A stretch of 64,000 bases of DNA, from assembly GCA_951406725.2 (NCBI GenBank), contig OX597828.1, positions 22,072,001-22,136,000 of the forward strand. The letters run 5' to 3'. The notes beneath the pieces were generated by a model that was not told where the DNA came from, searched no databases, and saw only the letters and a program-made list of their open reading frames with translations. The position numbers and the translations under genes are program-made. Every line of letters begins with the position of its first letter. Positions within the stretch are counted from its first letter, which is position 1. This document shows positions 27,335-41,191 of this stretch, one piece after another. The stretch is from Octopus vulgaris (lineage: Eukaryota).

Positions 27335-27686
27335 GGCGCAGGCGTGGCTATGTGGTAAGTAGCTAGCTTACTAACCACATGGTCCCGGGTTCAGTCCCAC
27401 TGCGTGACACCTTGGGAAAATGTATTCTACTATAGCCTCGGGCCGATCAAAGCCCTGTGAGTGGATTTGGTACACAGAAACTGAAACAAGCCCGTCGTAC
27501 ATATGTGTGTGTGTGCGTGAGTGTGTGTTGGTGTGTTTACGTCCCCGTAAACAAACGGTTTTACAAAGGAGGCCGATAAGATAAGTACTAGACTGACAAA
27601 GAATAAGTCTTGGGGTCGATTTATTCGACTAATGGCGGTTCCCCAGCATGGCTGCTGCAGTCAAAAGACTGTAAAACAATAAAAGA
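27335..27686 (+). mobile_element. SINE family B
   Basis: ggcgcaggcgtggctatgtggtaag...gacaccttggg...ccagcatggc. Confidence 0.9.
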
Positions 27687-28064
27687 ATTTTCTTTGTCAA
27701 GGAATAAGACTGAGCGGAGTTGTCGAGTGTTAATCGATTCTGTGAAGAGATTGCACTCAGAGGAACACAGCGTGTAGAAGTGATTCGAAGGAAATTGGTG
27801 TGAGTCTGTGGAGAGAAATGGCGGCTGATATTTACGTTAGTATCTTTGCTTCGTGGATACGGTGTAACATTGTAAATTTTGTAAGAAAAATGCATTATAA
27901 GTGCTTAGTGATAGATGGGTAAATTATATGCGGTGAGAAATGTTTGTGTGATATTTATCGATGTGTTGTGAGAGGGGTGTTTGTAAGAAAACAAATGGGT
28001 GTTAAAACTAGATGCAGCGGGCGAGTTCAAGTTGACAATTAACTGTTGTTTATTCTAAGACAAT

Positions 28065-28373
28065 GTGGAGGCACATGGCCTAGTGGTTAGAGCAGCGGAC
28101 TCGCAATCGAGGGATCGTGGGTTCGAATCTCAGACCAGGTGATGTGTGTGTTTATGAGCGAAACACCTAAGCTTCACGCGGTTCCGGCAGAGGCTAATGG
28201 CGAGCTTCTGCTGACTCCGTCTCCACAACTTTCTCTCACTCTTTCCTCCTGCACCTTGTAGCTCACCTGCGACGGACCAGCGTCCCGTCCAGGTGGGGAA
28301 CCTATACGCCAAGGAAACCGGATAATCGGCCCTATGAGCCGGGCGTGGCTCGAGAAGTAACTAACGACAACAA
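28065..28373 (+). mobile_element. SINE with family A-like head and family D-like tail, with TSD
   Basis: TSD tattctaagaca at 28051-28062 and 28374-28385; tail gcgacggaccagcgtcccgtccag resembles 24280. Confidence 0.88.
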
Positions 28374-28531
28374 TATTCTAAGACAGGATTGATTTAACGA
28401 AGGCAACGCAGAGACGTGCTATTAGATGGTAAGTTGGGAATGAGGCGAAGCAGTGTTCGATCTAATGTCTATTGTTCGACGGTGAGTCTGGTAAAAGAGG
28501 TAGACAGTTGGATCAACATGTAACCAATATT

Positions 28532-28694
28532 GGTGCAGGTGTAGCTGTGTGGTAAGTAGCGTGCTTACCAAACACATGGGTCTGGGTTCAGTCTCACTGC
28601 CTGGCACCTTGGGCAAGTGTCTTTTACTATAGCTTCGGGCCTACTAAAGCCTTGCGATTGGATTTGGTAGACGGAAACTGAGAGAAACTCGTCG

Positions 28695-28755
<61 letters not shown>

Positions 28756-28965
28756 GCCTGTATGTGTTTGTGTGTCTGTGTTTGTCCCCCAACATCGCTT
28801 GATGCTGCTTCTTTTATCGACCGTCACTTAGCGGTTCGGCAAAAGAGACCGCCAGAATATGTATTAGGCTAACAAATAACAAGTCCTGGGGTCGAGTTTT
28901 TCGATTAAAGGCGGTGCTCCAGCATGGCCGCAGTCAAATGACTGAAAGAAGTAAAAGAATAAAAG
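28532..28965 (+). mobile_element. SINE family B, full length
   Basis: ggcaccttgggcaagtgt CORE-like segment, internal (TA)n(TG)n, gtaaaagaataaaaga tail. Confidence 0.9.
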
Positions 28966-30034
28966 ACTTTAACGTATTGACATAAACAGATGATTTCAAT
29001 AGTAAAGAAGGTGATGATTATAACATTGGCAATATGGAGAAAAACGTTATGCAGTGTTCTGTATAGAATTCAAGTGATTTGATTCTCATGTCGTGTTCTG
29101 TGACGCTACGAAGAGTGTTAAATTTTTGATATCATATTTCCAATGAAATACATCATTCTTGTTTCGATTCATTTTGAAAATCAGGAGGTATTTAAGGAGA
29201 TAATTTTGCTATCGTTTGGATGGTATTTGGAATATAAATTAACATGGAATTATGATGGAAGGTTTTAAATTGGATCAACTGGAAATTTGTATCACAGAAA
29301 TGGTAACGGTCTCAAGCGGGTTGGTATCTAAATAGAGAACAGCCAAGAGGAAAACGAAAAAACCGAATAAGGCTTGGCCATTGAAGTATCTTATATGCGT
29401 GATGGAAGAACCGCTACGCGTGGCGACTAGCGTTTGAAGAGATAATTAGAAGTAGGTTCCTGGGCAAGTTGCGGAGACATTGGTTTAATCCTGTGGATTT
29501 TAAAGAGGCATTTGAAGGTTGGTATTATGTAGATAATAAGGTTTGGAATAGTAGAGAAATACAATGGAAAATTACTTTGTTGCCTCGTTAAATACCTGTT
29601 CGTTGCTGTTCCTATTGTTTAGCTCCACGTCAGACACGTTCAGGCATACATGTGATCAGGAGCATTGTAACTGTAAATGTCCAGCCATTTTCTCTGTAAT
29701 GACATGTTTGAGTGTCTCCTGAGTGAAAGTGGTGCCTATTTCTTGCTGTTCAAAAGACCGAGGTGTGATTTGTTATTTCGCTTGACGGTTGTATTATTAT
29801 AGCTGTGCATATTGCTCAAAATTATTATTTTCCTTATAAGGCAATAAAAGGCAGAATTGTTGGAATGTTTTAAAAAGTGCTTTACTGTAATTATTATTTT
29901 CTTCATATTAATTTTCTCTAGATTCCAAATTAATTAAAATCCCTTCTGCCAAATTCTACCATCTTCTTAAATGTAGAGTAACTAAGTTTGTAGGAGGATA
30001 GTTTATGTTCATCGTTATGTTAGATTTTTAAGAA

Positions 30035-30425
30035 GGCGCTGGGCTGTCAGATTTATAAGTAGACCGGAGAAAATGCATAGCGGCGTTTAGTTCGTCTTTA
30101 GAACTCTAAGTTCAATTAGAACTCTAAGTCCGAATTTGCGTCTATCCGTTCGGAGTCGATAAATATGTATCAGTCAAGCGCTATGCATTTAGAAGAAAGG
30201 GTTGTTCTAGATTGTAAAGCAATGAGCTGGCAGAATCATTAATGTATGAAGAAAATTAATTAAACAGCATTTCTTCCAGATTTACAGTTTGAGTTGAAAC
30301 TCATCAAGCTCGACTAAGCCTTTCATCTTTTGAGGATCGATAAAATAAATACAAATGAAGTACTGAGGTCGATATAGTAGACTATCCGCGATCTCAAATT
30401 TCAGGCCTTGTGCCTACAGTAGAAT
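30035..30425 (+). mobile_element. Two decayed family C SINEs
   Basis: Heads at ~30035 and ~30222; gtcgataaa domain recognisable. Confidence 0.6.
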
Positions 30426-30671
30426 ATCATTCTATGTTATTATTACTTCTCTTCTCGTTCTTATGATAATTCTGTTTTACATTTTCACGAAATTAAGAAT
30501 TTGAGAAAGAATACCTAACTGATACGTTACTTTATCGTCCCAGAATGATGAATGCTAAACTTGATTTCAGCCAGATTTGAACCAAGATCGGGAAATAAGA
30601 GGAACAAATAATACTGGTCGAACATTTTGGCACTCGACCACCTTACCTTAGATTCCATTTTATTAGTAATA

Positions 30672-30876
30672 TATTTCTTTACTATATATATTTCTTTACT
30701 ATATATATTTCTTTACTACCCACAAGGGGCTAAACACAGAGGGGACAAACAAGGACAGACGAACGGATTAAGTCGATTATATCGACCCCAATGCGTAACT
30801 AGTACTTAATTTATCGACCCCGAAAGGATGAAACGCATTTCGCCCGGCGTGCTAACGATTCTGCCAGCTCGCCGCC
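30672..30876 (-). mobile_element. Family C SINE, internally deleted, with 19-bp TSD
   Basis: ttccattttattagtaata at 30653-30671 and 30877-30895; tail has three tandem tatttctttacta units. Confidence 0.9.
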
Positions 30877-31372
30877 TTCCATTTTATTAGTAATAAACAA
30901 CGGTTCCATCCCGGAGCTCCATGTTTGTTGAATTCTTTCAATAAAATTATGCAGGTATAATTATTTCTATATTATTCAACATATAAAATTGTCTCGTGAA
31001 AAATACTTGAAGAAACGCAACAGGTTTCCATCTTTATGTCTCATTTGAAAACTTCCATGGCAAGCATTTACCACCTTCCAAGGAAGGTACTCGGTGCTGT
31101 TTTCCTACATGCTGAGTTCGGATGGAGAGTAGTAGAAAGCTTTCTCTTTAATTATATATTCAAAGCTGGAGTTGAATTCTCCATTGCAAGTCAACCAATA
31201 GAATTTTGAAATATTATTTATCGTTGTTGCAGAGAAGGGAATTACGTGGTTTGGTAGAATAGGTCTTTGATAATTATAAATAATGTATTGAAAAGTGATT
31301 TTGCAGTACCAGTGAGGAGTAGACACCAGCATCTAGAAATAGTTTATTAATCTGGTAGTCACACCAGCCACT

Positions 31373-31796
31373 TGAATGTTCTGAATTCTTACAGAAAATT
31401 CACAATGAGTTACAAAATTACTAACTTCTAGTATACCAAGATATTTCTCAAAGTTATTCTAGTAACTTTAAATGGTGAAGTCACCATGATAATTAGATAT
31501 ATTGTCTTTTAACACAGCAAGTAGATACGAATATCTAGAGGTACGTTACGAGGAGTTCGTAGAAAATCTGTAATGAGTTACTGTATTTCCTGACTTCTGA
31601 TAAACCAAGATATTTCCCCTCAAAGAAATATTCCATATAACTTAAAGTGATGAAATCACTGTGATAATCAAATGTGTTGTTTTCGAACACAGCGAGTACA
31701 TACCATCCTTCGAACCACGTTAAAGATCTGGCACACACACACACACACACACAAAAACACACACACACAAACACACACACAAACACACACACACAC

Positions 31797-31862
<66 letters not shown>

Positions 31863-32005
31863 CACACGTGCAATAATCACTCGGCCATTCTGAACGTTTC
31901 GGAGAAAATTCATAATGAGTTACAGAATTTACTAACCTCTAATAAACCGAGATATTACTCCTCAAAGATATTTCGTATAACTTTAAATATTTAAGTCACC
32001 AAGTG
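31373..32005 (+). repeat. Three diverged tandem units of about 170-200 bp, interrupted by (CA)n
   Basis: agaaaat..aatgagttac...aaccRagatatt..ctcaaag...aactt.aa..aRtcac recurs near 31390, 31561 and 31903. Confidence 0.8.
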
Positions 32006-32460
32006 TAAGTTTATTAGATTTGTATGTATTAATAGAAGAACGCTGGCTTTGATTAATTTCTCTGTGTCTACTGTCTAAAAGGAGACACCAGTTCGTGTTT
32101 ACCTAATCTAAACTGGACACTGAGATCACTCTACTATGTTAAAACCAGGATTGGTATGTACTGACATATGCTGCGAGAAATAGAATTAATTAAATATTAT
32201 ATAAATAACTGATTCGCTTATTTCAGTTTTAAATATTTTCATATGTATTTAGTTAAGTAATCAGGGTCATATTGTTGCTGTTTGGTATTGTGTCGGCTCT
32301 GAGTGAGCAGACATATATTGAAAGACCTTCTACATATGCCCATCCAGTCTGTTATAATTGTTACTCCTATACAGGAGAACATGACATTTATCTCATGCGC
32401 ATATATATATATGTGTGTATGTGAGTGAGTGAATGTGTGTGTGACGGAAAACAAGTTGGC

Positions 32461-33310
32461 AGGCTACAAGACTCGAACCCATACCGTACTGGATTAGTGC
32501 TGTAACCATTCAGATAAACGGCACCCAGACAATAACTACCACCGAATATAATACTAAATTATAGCTCTTGAACGCGACAACACTTTATAAAAAAACTTTG
32601 GAAGCGTCGTATATGATTGGCATTTTGCAGACAAGTAAATTTTGAACGCAGTAAAGCTGTAAAGAGAGCAGATAATGATTGGGCAGTTTACCCTTGTAGG
32701 CCTGAAAAATGGTATTGCATTCGAAAGCTATAATACATTAAATTTGATAGTAATGGTTGTCAGTGGCTCGTTTAGCTTAATGATCTGAGTATTCATCAAG
32801 AATCTGAGGGGTTCAGGTTCTAGTCCCTTATCCACATTCTGGAGTTTTTTTTTTGGCTGTCTTATAGGCGTAAAATACCCAATCACTCTCTGCTCTTATT
32901 TCTTTATTACCCACTAGGGGCGACGAAGAGGGGACATAACAAAACATGGGGGACATAGAACAAAATAATTAAATTTATGAGTAAATGAATATTAAAATGA
33001 AAAAAATGATAATATGAAAGCGATGCTAACGGCCCAATCACTCTCTGCTCTTCTTACGGCTATACTGCAATTCGAAATTTATTTCCTTGTCTGTAAAAAA
33101 CCAACCGCATTCGACGCTTCCAAATTTTCTTTCTAAAATGTTGTCGCATTTGAGAGATATAATTTAGCATCAAATTTAGTGCTAGTTGTTGTCTGGATGC
33201 CGTTTAGCTGAATCGTTACAGCACTAAAACGGTACGGGATCAAATCCTGTAGCCGCCTCTTGGCAACATTTTCCCGTCTTATAAGGGTTAAATACCCAAA
33301 TTTCCTATCT
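32461..33310. repeat. Tandem and inverted units carrying tRNA-like A/B boxes
   Basis: 32461-32684 is the diverged reverse complement of 33032-33254; tRNA-like heads at 32461-32525 (-), 32762-32835 (+) and 33192-33254 (+). Confidence 0.75.
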
Positions 33311-33376
33311 TTGGTCTACTTAAAATTTACTGCGTTCGAAATACCAACTACATTTAACACTTCTAAAATTTATTTA

Positions 33377-33418
<42 letters not shown>

Positions 33419-34259
33419 TATATGATAAGATGTGAAATCATGAATATCTTTGATTAGTGGTCCGTTGAGTAAGAGATGATTTTATATCGAGTGGCCCTTT
33501 CTTTGATTTTTGCATGGGCACAAAATAAGAATTTTAGTTGGAAGATGGAGAGAGTCGATTTAAAAGACACAGTGATTGGCCGACATATTTTATCGACACT
33601 GGGAAAATGGAAGATCAGATCGACCGTTGCGAGAATTGAAATTAGATCGTAAACGACCACCACCACCACCACCACCACCACAAGCACAACAACAGCAACC
33701 TCTTTGACTGACATTGAAGTATTGAGAACTCAATTGCTCTAACAGTATTAGTCGCGTGTCTCTGACTCGATCTGAACTATATATTAACGTGACGTGTCAA
33801 TCTAAAAATAACAGAACAGTTAACAGCACTGATCGCCCTTCTTTCTTTTTCTTCCTGTCTTCCTCCTTCCCTTCCTCCTTATCTCTCTTCATTTCTCCTC
33901 CATTTTCTATTCTCCTTTCCTTTTTTTCTTCTTCCTTTCTCCTTCCTTTCTTTGCCTCTTACACAAAGACTTAATTATGTAAGAATATAAACAGAAGACA
34001 ATCAGTCGGAAATTAATTGATTTTGTAGTTTTGCAAAACTACCAGTGGTTGTAGTTGTTTAACCCCAGGAAAGCTCTTATCGAGCAGAACTCTGCTCGAT
34101 ACAGTTATTACTCTCAGACACAGCCATGTTTTACAAACGTACTATATGCGATCCAATATGTCCTTCCAGTTTAAAGTCGCAGATTAGGATTCGACAAAAC
34201 ATCCGTTGGTCCGTCCAGCAGATTCAGCATCTGTGAAGATGCTTCCTCTCTAACAATTC

Positions 34260-34950
34260 ATGTAGGTTAGTGGTTTCATGAAAGGATTATAGTAGGATAG
34301 CGTAGACTAAAACAAGAGAGGGTAGATGCATTATGGTAAATGTGAGGAAAGGTCTGATAAAAATAGTGGTAAGCTATTGTAAAACTAAAATGGCAGCGTA
34401 AGGAAGGTGTGGCTTTGAAGTGCAACGGATGATACGATTTCGTTGAATTCGGTATTGTTTGCTCAGCAGCGTTCCATTTCTGACCGTCCCATATAATATC
34501 CAGTTTATTGTTTCTAAAACTTCATGATCCAAGGTTTTCTACTATCCCTAAGACAGATTTTAGGTTGCTATTCTATGTTGTTATAATACATTACGTACAT
34601 CCTTACTAACTGCTTCAATACTGACGCCGCTCAAGTCAAGGATTAAATAGCAAATTAAGCAATTCGCAGTATCCATCTTCTGACTTTTGTCACATCTTTT
34701 CCAATTAATCCCCATTGCAAGACCGATTGCTTTTAGATTTAATATTTTAAGTTAATTTTCATTTATATAACAGCGATGCCATCCTTTATAATTGGGACTG
34801 TCATCGGTTCTAGTTATATGACGTGCTTAGAAATTGTGTGATATGTTTCTAGCGTGTTTTTGTAACTGTAACTAACTTTTGTATTGTCCATGTTGAAAAG
34901 CTCATCACATCAACGGTCGACTGAAAAGTGTTTTGCAATTAGTACAAAAA
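34260..34950 (-). pseudogene. Decayed CR1/L2-like RT fragment
   Basis: Frameshifted DHEVL..NKLD.YG pattern near 34480-34545 (cf. KAFDTVDH.ILL.KL..YG); PNYK upstream. Confidence 0.4.
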
Positions 34951-35384
34951 TCCCATAGTTTTCTCTGTTCTTATGTTGAACATCAGATAGGATTATATGA
35001 CGTTTCTTGGTTTTGTTTCTTCGGTAGCGTGGTAAGGTAAAAAAAAAACTGTACAAGCTGAAGTGAAAATACAAACACCAAACAACACAAGGTAAGTTTA
35101 AAAAATATGTAAGTAAAGAATGTTCTCTGTCATTTTAAGTAGATAGACTGAGGAAGCCTATAGACGCTGGCTAGATCGGCAGGAAATAGCAGAGAAATCT
35201 TGCTTAAATCATTCTCTGCCATTAAATAAATAGAAAACATAGGACAATGCACCCCTAGATAGAATATGTATGAATAAACGATAGGATGGTCACGGATGGA
35301 ATGTTGCTGGTCACATATCCACTTGATCAGGCTTGAGGTCAGCGATAAGCAGCGACAACAACAACGTCGACGACAGCAACATCT

Positions 35385-35575
35385 GTGGAGGCGCAATGGC
35401 CCAGTCGTCAGGGCAGCGGACTCGCGAACGTAAGAACGCGATTTCGATTCCCAAACCGGGCATTGTGAGTGTTTATTGAGCAAAAACACCTAAACTACAC
35501 GAAGCTCTGGCGAAGGTTGGTGGTGAACCCCGCTGTACTCTTTCACCACAACTTTCTCTCACTCTTTCTTCCAAC
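35385..35575 (+). mobile_element. Family A SINE, 3'-truncated
   Basis: Matches 6868-7055. Confidence 0.85.
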
Positions 35576-36337
35576 TTCTACCACAAAGAAGAGGAACCAT
35601 GGTGTAACCCACTATGGTGTGGTAAAACTTTCAGACCCTAGTCCAGATTGCGAATCCTCTGTACCCCAGGATGGTTCAGCCCTCCACGCATTAAAAGCCA
35701 CCGTTTACGGAATGAGGATAGCAACGTAGCTTTCACGCGCGTGCAACCGCCAATCTATCGCGTGTGGTGGGTGGGTCTTCAAGTTGCCGCACGCATTCTT
35801 AGTAGCTTAGAGTAGGCTCGAATTAGAGATTATTCTTTGTGGCTAATGGCGTGAGTCCTGACTGGAAGAAGAAGAAGAAGAAGAAGAAGAAGAAGAAGAA
35901 GAAGAAGAAGAAGAAGGAAAAGAAGAAGAAGAAAACTGTAATTACGGAAACTTTTTTGAGGGAGAATCGACCGATTTCTTGAGGAAAATTAGTCAAATGT
36001 CCCTCAAAAAATACCATGTTACCATAACAATAAGAAGAATCAGAAACACTCCCCCCAACACACACACACATACACACACATTAGGCTATTTAACTCGAGA
36101 TGCTACAGTACCTGATTAAACGACGGAATTATCACTGCTAAAGCACCTGTGGTTATAGCTTGACTTTTTATAGAACAATACTACCACTGCCATCACCATC
36201 ACCGCCACCATTAACAACACCACCATCCACACTACTACCACCACCACTAACAACAACAACAACAACAATACAAACAATTATGTGCTAGAATAATACGATA
36301 CTTCATGTTAGAATGTGAGTATAAAAATGAACGGTAT

Positions 36338-36799
36338 TCTTTTTTACTCTTTTACTTGTTTCAGTCATTTGACTGCGACCATGCTGGAGCACCGCCTTTA
36401 GTCGAGCAAATACGACCCCAGGACTTATTCTTTGTAAGCTTAGTATTAATTCTAGCTAAGTTACGATGACGCAAACACACCAGCATCGGTTATCAAGCGA
36501 TGTTGGGTGGACAAACACAGACACACACACACATATATATATATGTAACTGCCCTGGTAACTATTTATTTATTTTTCCGTGTTAATTGTTAACAAGGTAA
36601 AAATACACTCATCTATTTATATATATACATATATACGACGGGCTTGTTTTAGTTTCCGTCTACCAAATCCACTCACAAGTCTTTGGTCGGCCCGAGGCCA
36701 TAGTAGAAGACACTCGCCGAAGTTGCAACGCAGTGGGACTGAACCCAGAACCATGTGGTTGGTAAGCAAGCTACTTACCACACAGCCACTCCTACGCCT
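36338..36799 (-). mobile_element. Family B SINE with ~75-bp insertion in its internal TA tract
   Basis: 3' half 36338-36540, 5' half 36633-36799, foreign segment ~36545-36616. Confidence 0.88.
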
Positions 36800-36911
36800 A
36801 TGGAGTGGTATGGTAACGAATGGGAAGTTGTTGATCATAAATCTGAGGGATCGGAACTTACAAGGTGCTAAAAGGCATCATCATTATCGTCATCATCATC
36901 ACCATCATGAA

Positions 36912-36943
<32 letters not shown>

Positions 36944-36970
36944 GTACCACTTCTTCTACTACTACTACTT

Positions 36971-37023
<53 letters not shown>

Positions 37024-37118
37024 GTATGAAAGCTTCTTAGCCTTTGCGTGTGAAGTGACTGATCCATATTTTTCTCATTAAGAAACGCAAAGAAAACTCC
37101 CTCAAATATCATCCTACC

Positions 37119-37353
37119 CATTTCTTTAAAACCCACAAGGGGCTAAACACAGAGGGGACAAACAACGACAGAGAAACGGATTAAGTCGATTACATCGACC
37201 CCAGTGCGTAACTGGTACTTAATTTATCGACCCCGAAAGGATGAAAGGCAAAGTCGACCTCGGCGGAATTTGAACTCAGAACGTAACGGCAGACGAAATA
37301 CGGCTACGCACTTCGCCTGGCGTGCTAACGGTTCTGCCAGCTCGCCGCCTTCA
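37119..37353 (-). mobile_element. Family C SINE, full length with 17-bp TSD
   Basis: tcaaatatcatcctacc at 37102-37118 and 37354-37370. Confidence 0.92.
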
Positions 37354-38602
37354 TCAAATATCATCCTACCGTCACAGAGAGAAGGGGGAAGAAAAGCAAC
37401 AACAACAAAAGAAAATAAAGAAGCACATTAAACAATTTACTTCTAGATATATTATGCCTGATTAAATGACAGCATGGTCACTGCTAAAATGTCTTTGGTC
37501 ATAGAGTTAGTGTATAAATAACAATAGTAGCAACGCCAACAACAATAACAATAGTTATATGTAAGCAACCATTGTATTCATTTAACACAATAGCTAACGT
37601 TAATCATTGTTCAAATTTAATTCATTCATTACTGATGTCCTTCCCACTTGAGTATCATTCAAGCTGGAATTAGTAGGTTTTGCTGATAGTCGTTGCAAAT
37701 TTATTCAATATTAATTCATACGCTCTCAATTACTCTCCCGGTGACTGAATAATTTTCAATGACAAACGATTAAACTTCACACGATCAAAGGATATGTTAT
37801 TTAAACAGACACGAGGAGAGAGAGTGTATGCTATATATGGTATTATAAATACGGTGTGTTGCGTAGTGACAGATCACCGATTGTGGTATGGTGGAGGCTG
37901 GGTTAGATCACCAGTTGTGTTGTAGTGATCTTGTCAATAGCATGCTGCGTAGGTGAATGGCTAAGAATTTTGCTTGGCAACCGAGGACCCACGAGTTCGA
38001 TATCACGAGGAGGTATCTTGGGCGAATATTATTTTCTAGGGCAGTCTTTGGCTTGTGAGTAAAATAGAGCTGGCGGAAACTGTATAGAAGTTCATCGATT
38101 GCATTGTAACTTTAATTCAAAAGGTGAAGTCATGTGCTACATTGTCGCGTTCATTCTGCTTAAGATTTCCGTTATGGTTACAAGGGTCAGTGGAGTACTC
38201 AGTCACTTATATTGTAATTCAAGAGCAGGTAAATCAGTTAGTTAAACAGCTGAATCCTTACCTTCGACCGACGGACATCACCCAGTGACATATCACAACA
38301 TTGGTTGTTGTAGGGTGGATGGTTGGAGTAAATGATCTGTTTCAGTAACGGACTCATTAATGCAGTGATAGGTTAGAAGATGTCATAGTCGGCAGCAGAA
38401 TGCTGGATTAAAAGTGGCAGGGTACAAGGCTATACGATTATTTTTGATTATTAGCGCCGCGTTGGAGAATGGAGTGTTATATCAGATGAGTAGCAAATAG
38501 CCAGAGCGCAACACTGAGTTTTAGATCGGCTAGTACGATGTAGTGTACTTAACGAACACTGTTGTGGTAATGTGAAATTCAAATGCTTACCGTACCAACG
38601 GG

Positions 38603-38748
38603 TACAGTAAGTAGCTCGCTTACCAACCATATGGTTTCGGATTCAGACCCATAGCGTGGCATCTTGGGCAAGTGTCTTCTACTATAGTATCGGGCCGACC
38701 AAAGCCTTGTGAGTGGATTTGGTAGACGAAACTGAAAGAAGCCCATCG

Positions 38749-38805
<57 letters not shown>

Positions 38806-38972
38806 CTGTGTTTGTCCTGCCATCATCGCTTGACAACCAATGTTGTTATGTTTACGTTTCCGTAACGTTGCGGTTCGGAAAAACAGAACGATAGAATAAG
38901 TCCTATGCTTACAAAGAATAAGTCATGGGGGTCGATTTGACTGAAACAGGTAAGGTAGTAAAAGAATAAAAG
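38603..38972 (+). mobile_element. SINE family B
   Basis: ggcatcttgggcaagtgtcttctactatag...gactgaaacagg. Confidence 0.85.
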
Positions 38973-39790
38973 AATTATAAAATGTGCTGCTCAGTTGGTT
39001 TCAAGCGCAAGCCCAAGCTAAAAACACAGAAAGATGGAAGAGTATAATGGCCCATTGTCGTGATGGCGGAGGAACCAGATGACAAGTATGAAGTGGTTGG
39101 CAGCTAGTAAGGGTTGCTGATGTGAAAAACACAAAGGCTTTATTACTACGGCATTGCCTTTTCGAAAATTTGACTAATGAGGTGTAATAATAACGAAACC
39201 TGTAGGTTACTTTACCAATCTAGTTTAAAATGGCGATACACTCCATTTTTCATATTACATAAACATTAAGAAATAACTCAAATGCAATTTACCTTACTAG
39301 AATTAGCCCTTTCGCATGCTCATTTTGTATTTCAAGCACACAAGAGGGGGTTCCTGTGTTTTAATTACGTGGATAATCTATATTAGTCGAAGTTTTTCAG
39401 TATATTGTATATATGTCACACTTGGTTGTATTTGCATTCAGGATATTATTCACACACCTGAGAATTAATCATCAGGCATTGATTTGATATTTACAGAACA
39501 GTGAATGGGATGAACAAGAGATAAACCGATTGGGATTACATTTTATATCCCAATTCTCATTTAGATATCGGAACAAGATTATCTATTTAACTTTACATAT
39601 ACACTTGTGTATATGCTTGTATAGATATCTGCACATATGTATATATGTATGTATGTACGTAGGTAACTACCTATTTATGTATGTGTTCATGCATATATAT
39701 ATATATACGTACGTAAATTTATATGTACATATATGTGAATACACACATATCTAATCTTGTTTTTATATATGTGCATGTACATACATATAA

Positions 39791-39878
<88 letters not shown>

Positions 39879-40011
39879 CCACCTAATTTAGCTACACACC
39901 TATCGAAATATATACGTTTCCATTTCTATAAATTTGTACCTATTTATCACCGGCTCCTTTTCTTTTTTCTTTCATTCTCCCTCTTTCTGTAGTTGTGTGT
40001 GTGTGTGTGCT

Positions 40012-40090
<79 letters not shown>

Positions 40091-40244
40091 ATCTATGTAT
40101 ATGTGTGCATATGCATGTATATAGGTGTATATATATATGCATATATAAGTATATATATATACATATGTATATGTATACACATATATATATGTATATATAT
40201 AAATATACATATATACACATATATATACATACATAATAATGCAT

Positions 40245-40365
<121 letters not shown>

Positions 40366-40730
40366 AAATACAGAGAGAAAAATGGATGGGGAGAAAGAGA
40401 GAGCAGAGAGAAATAAAGCCAGGAGCGAGAGAATGTGAGAGGAAGATAGAGAAAGAGTTGGCGAAGAAAGAAGTGAGAATGAGAGGGAGAAGAGAAGAGT
40501 CAATCGGTTCGTAGAATTGTTGTTCAGATTCAAAGAAAGTACTTCTCGTTTTTTCTCTTCTTTTTTCTCCCTGTAAGCATAATCAAATTTCAAAAACGTG
40601 TGTTAAAGCTCTCATATGTTTTAACATCATTAAAGGGTTAAAGGAGATATCGCATGAATATACGTTATCATTATAGCCCCGTGATTTACACAAAAGATGT
40701 TTACATAAGTACATACGTTTATACACTCAC

Positions 40731-40786
<56 letters not shown>

Positions 40787-40787
40787 G

Positions 40788-40868
<81 letters not shown>

Positions 40869-41071
40869 ACATATATACATTTGTACAGATGTAACACACG
40901 CACACAGACACGAACACACGCACGTACACACCTATCCTATATATATGTGTGTGTATGTATGTGTGCGCGTGCGTAGGATTTTTTTCTTTCTCAACTTCAA
41001 TTATTTTCCCATTCATTTAGTGTATATAATCGGGAAAGCTCCACAGACAATACGAGCGTGTATGTCTTTAT

Positions 41072-41191
<120 letters not shown>

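Noticed and set aside
35670-35700. gccctccacgc resembling an HDV-ribozyme L3 loop
   Set aside because: No P3 or P1 partner strands found.
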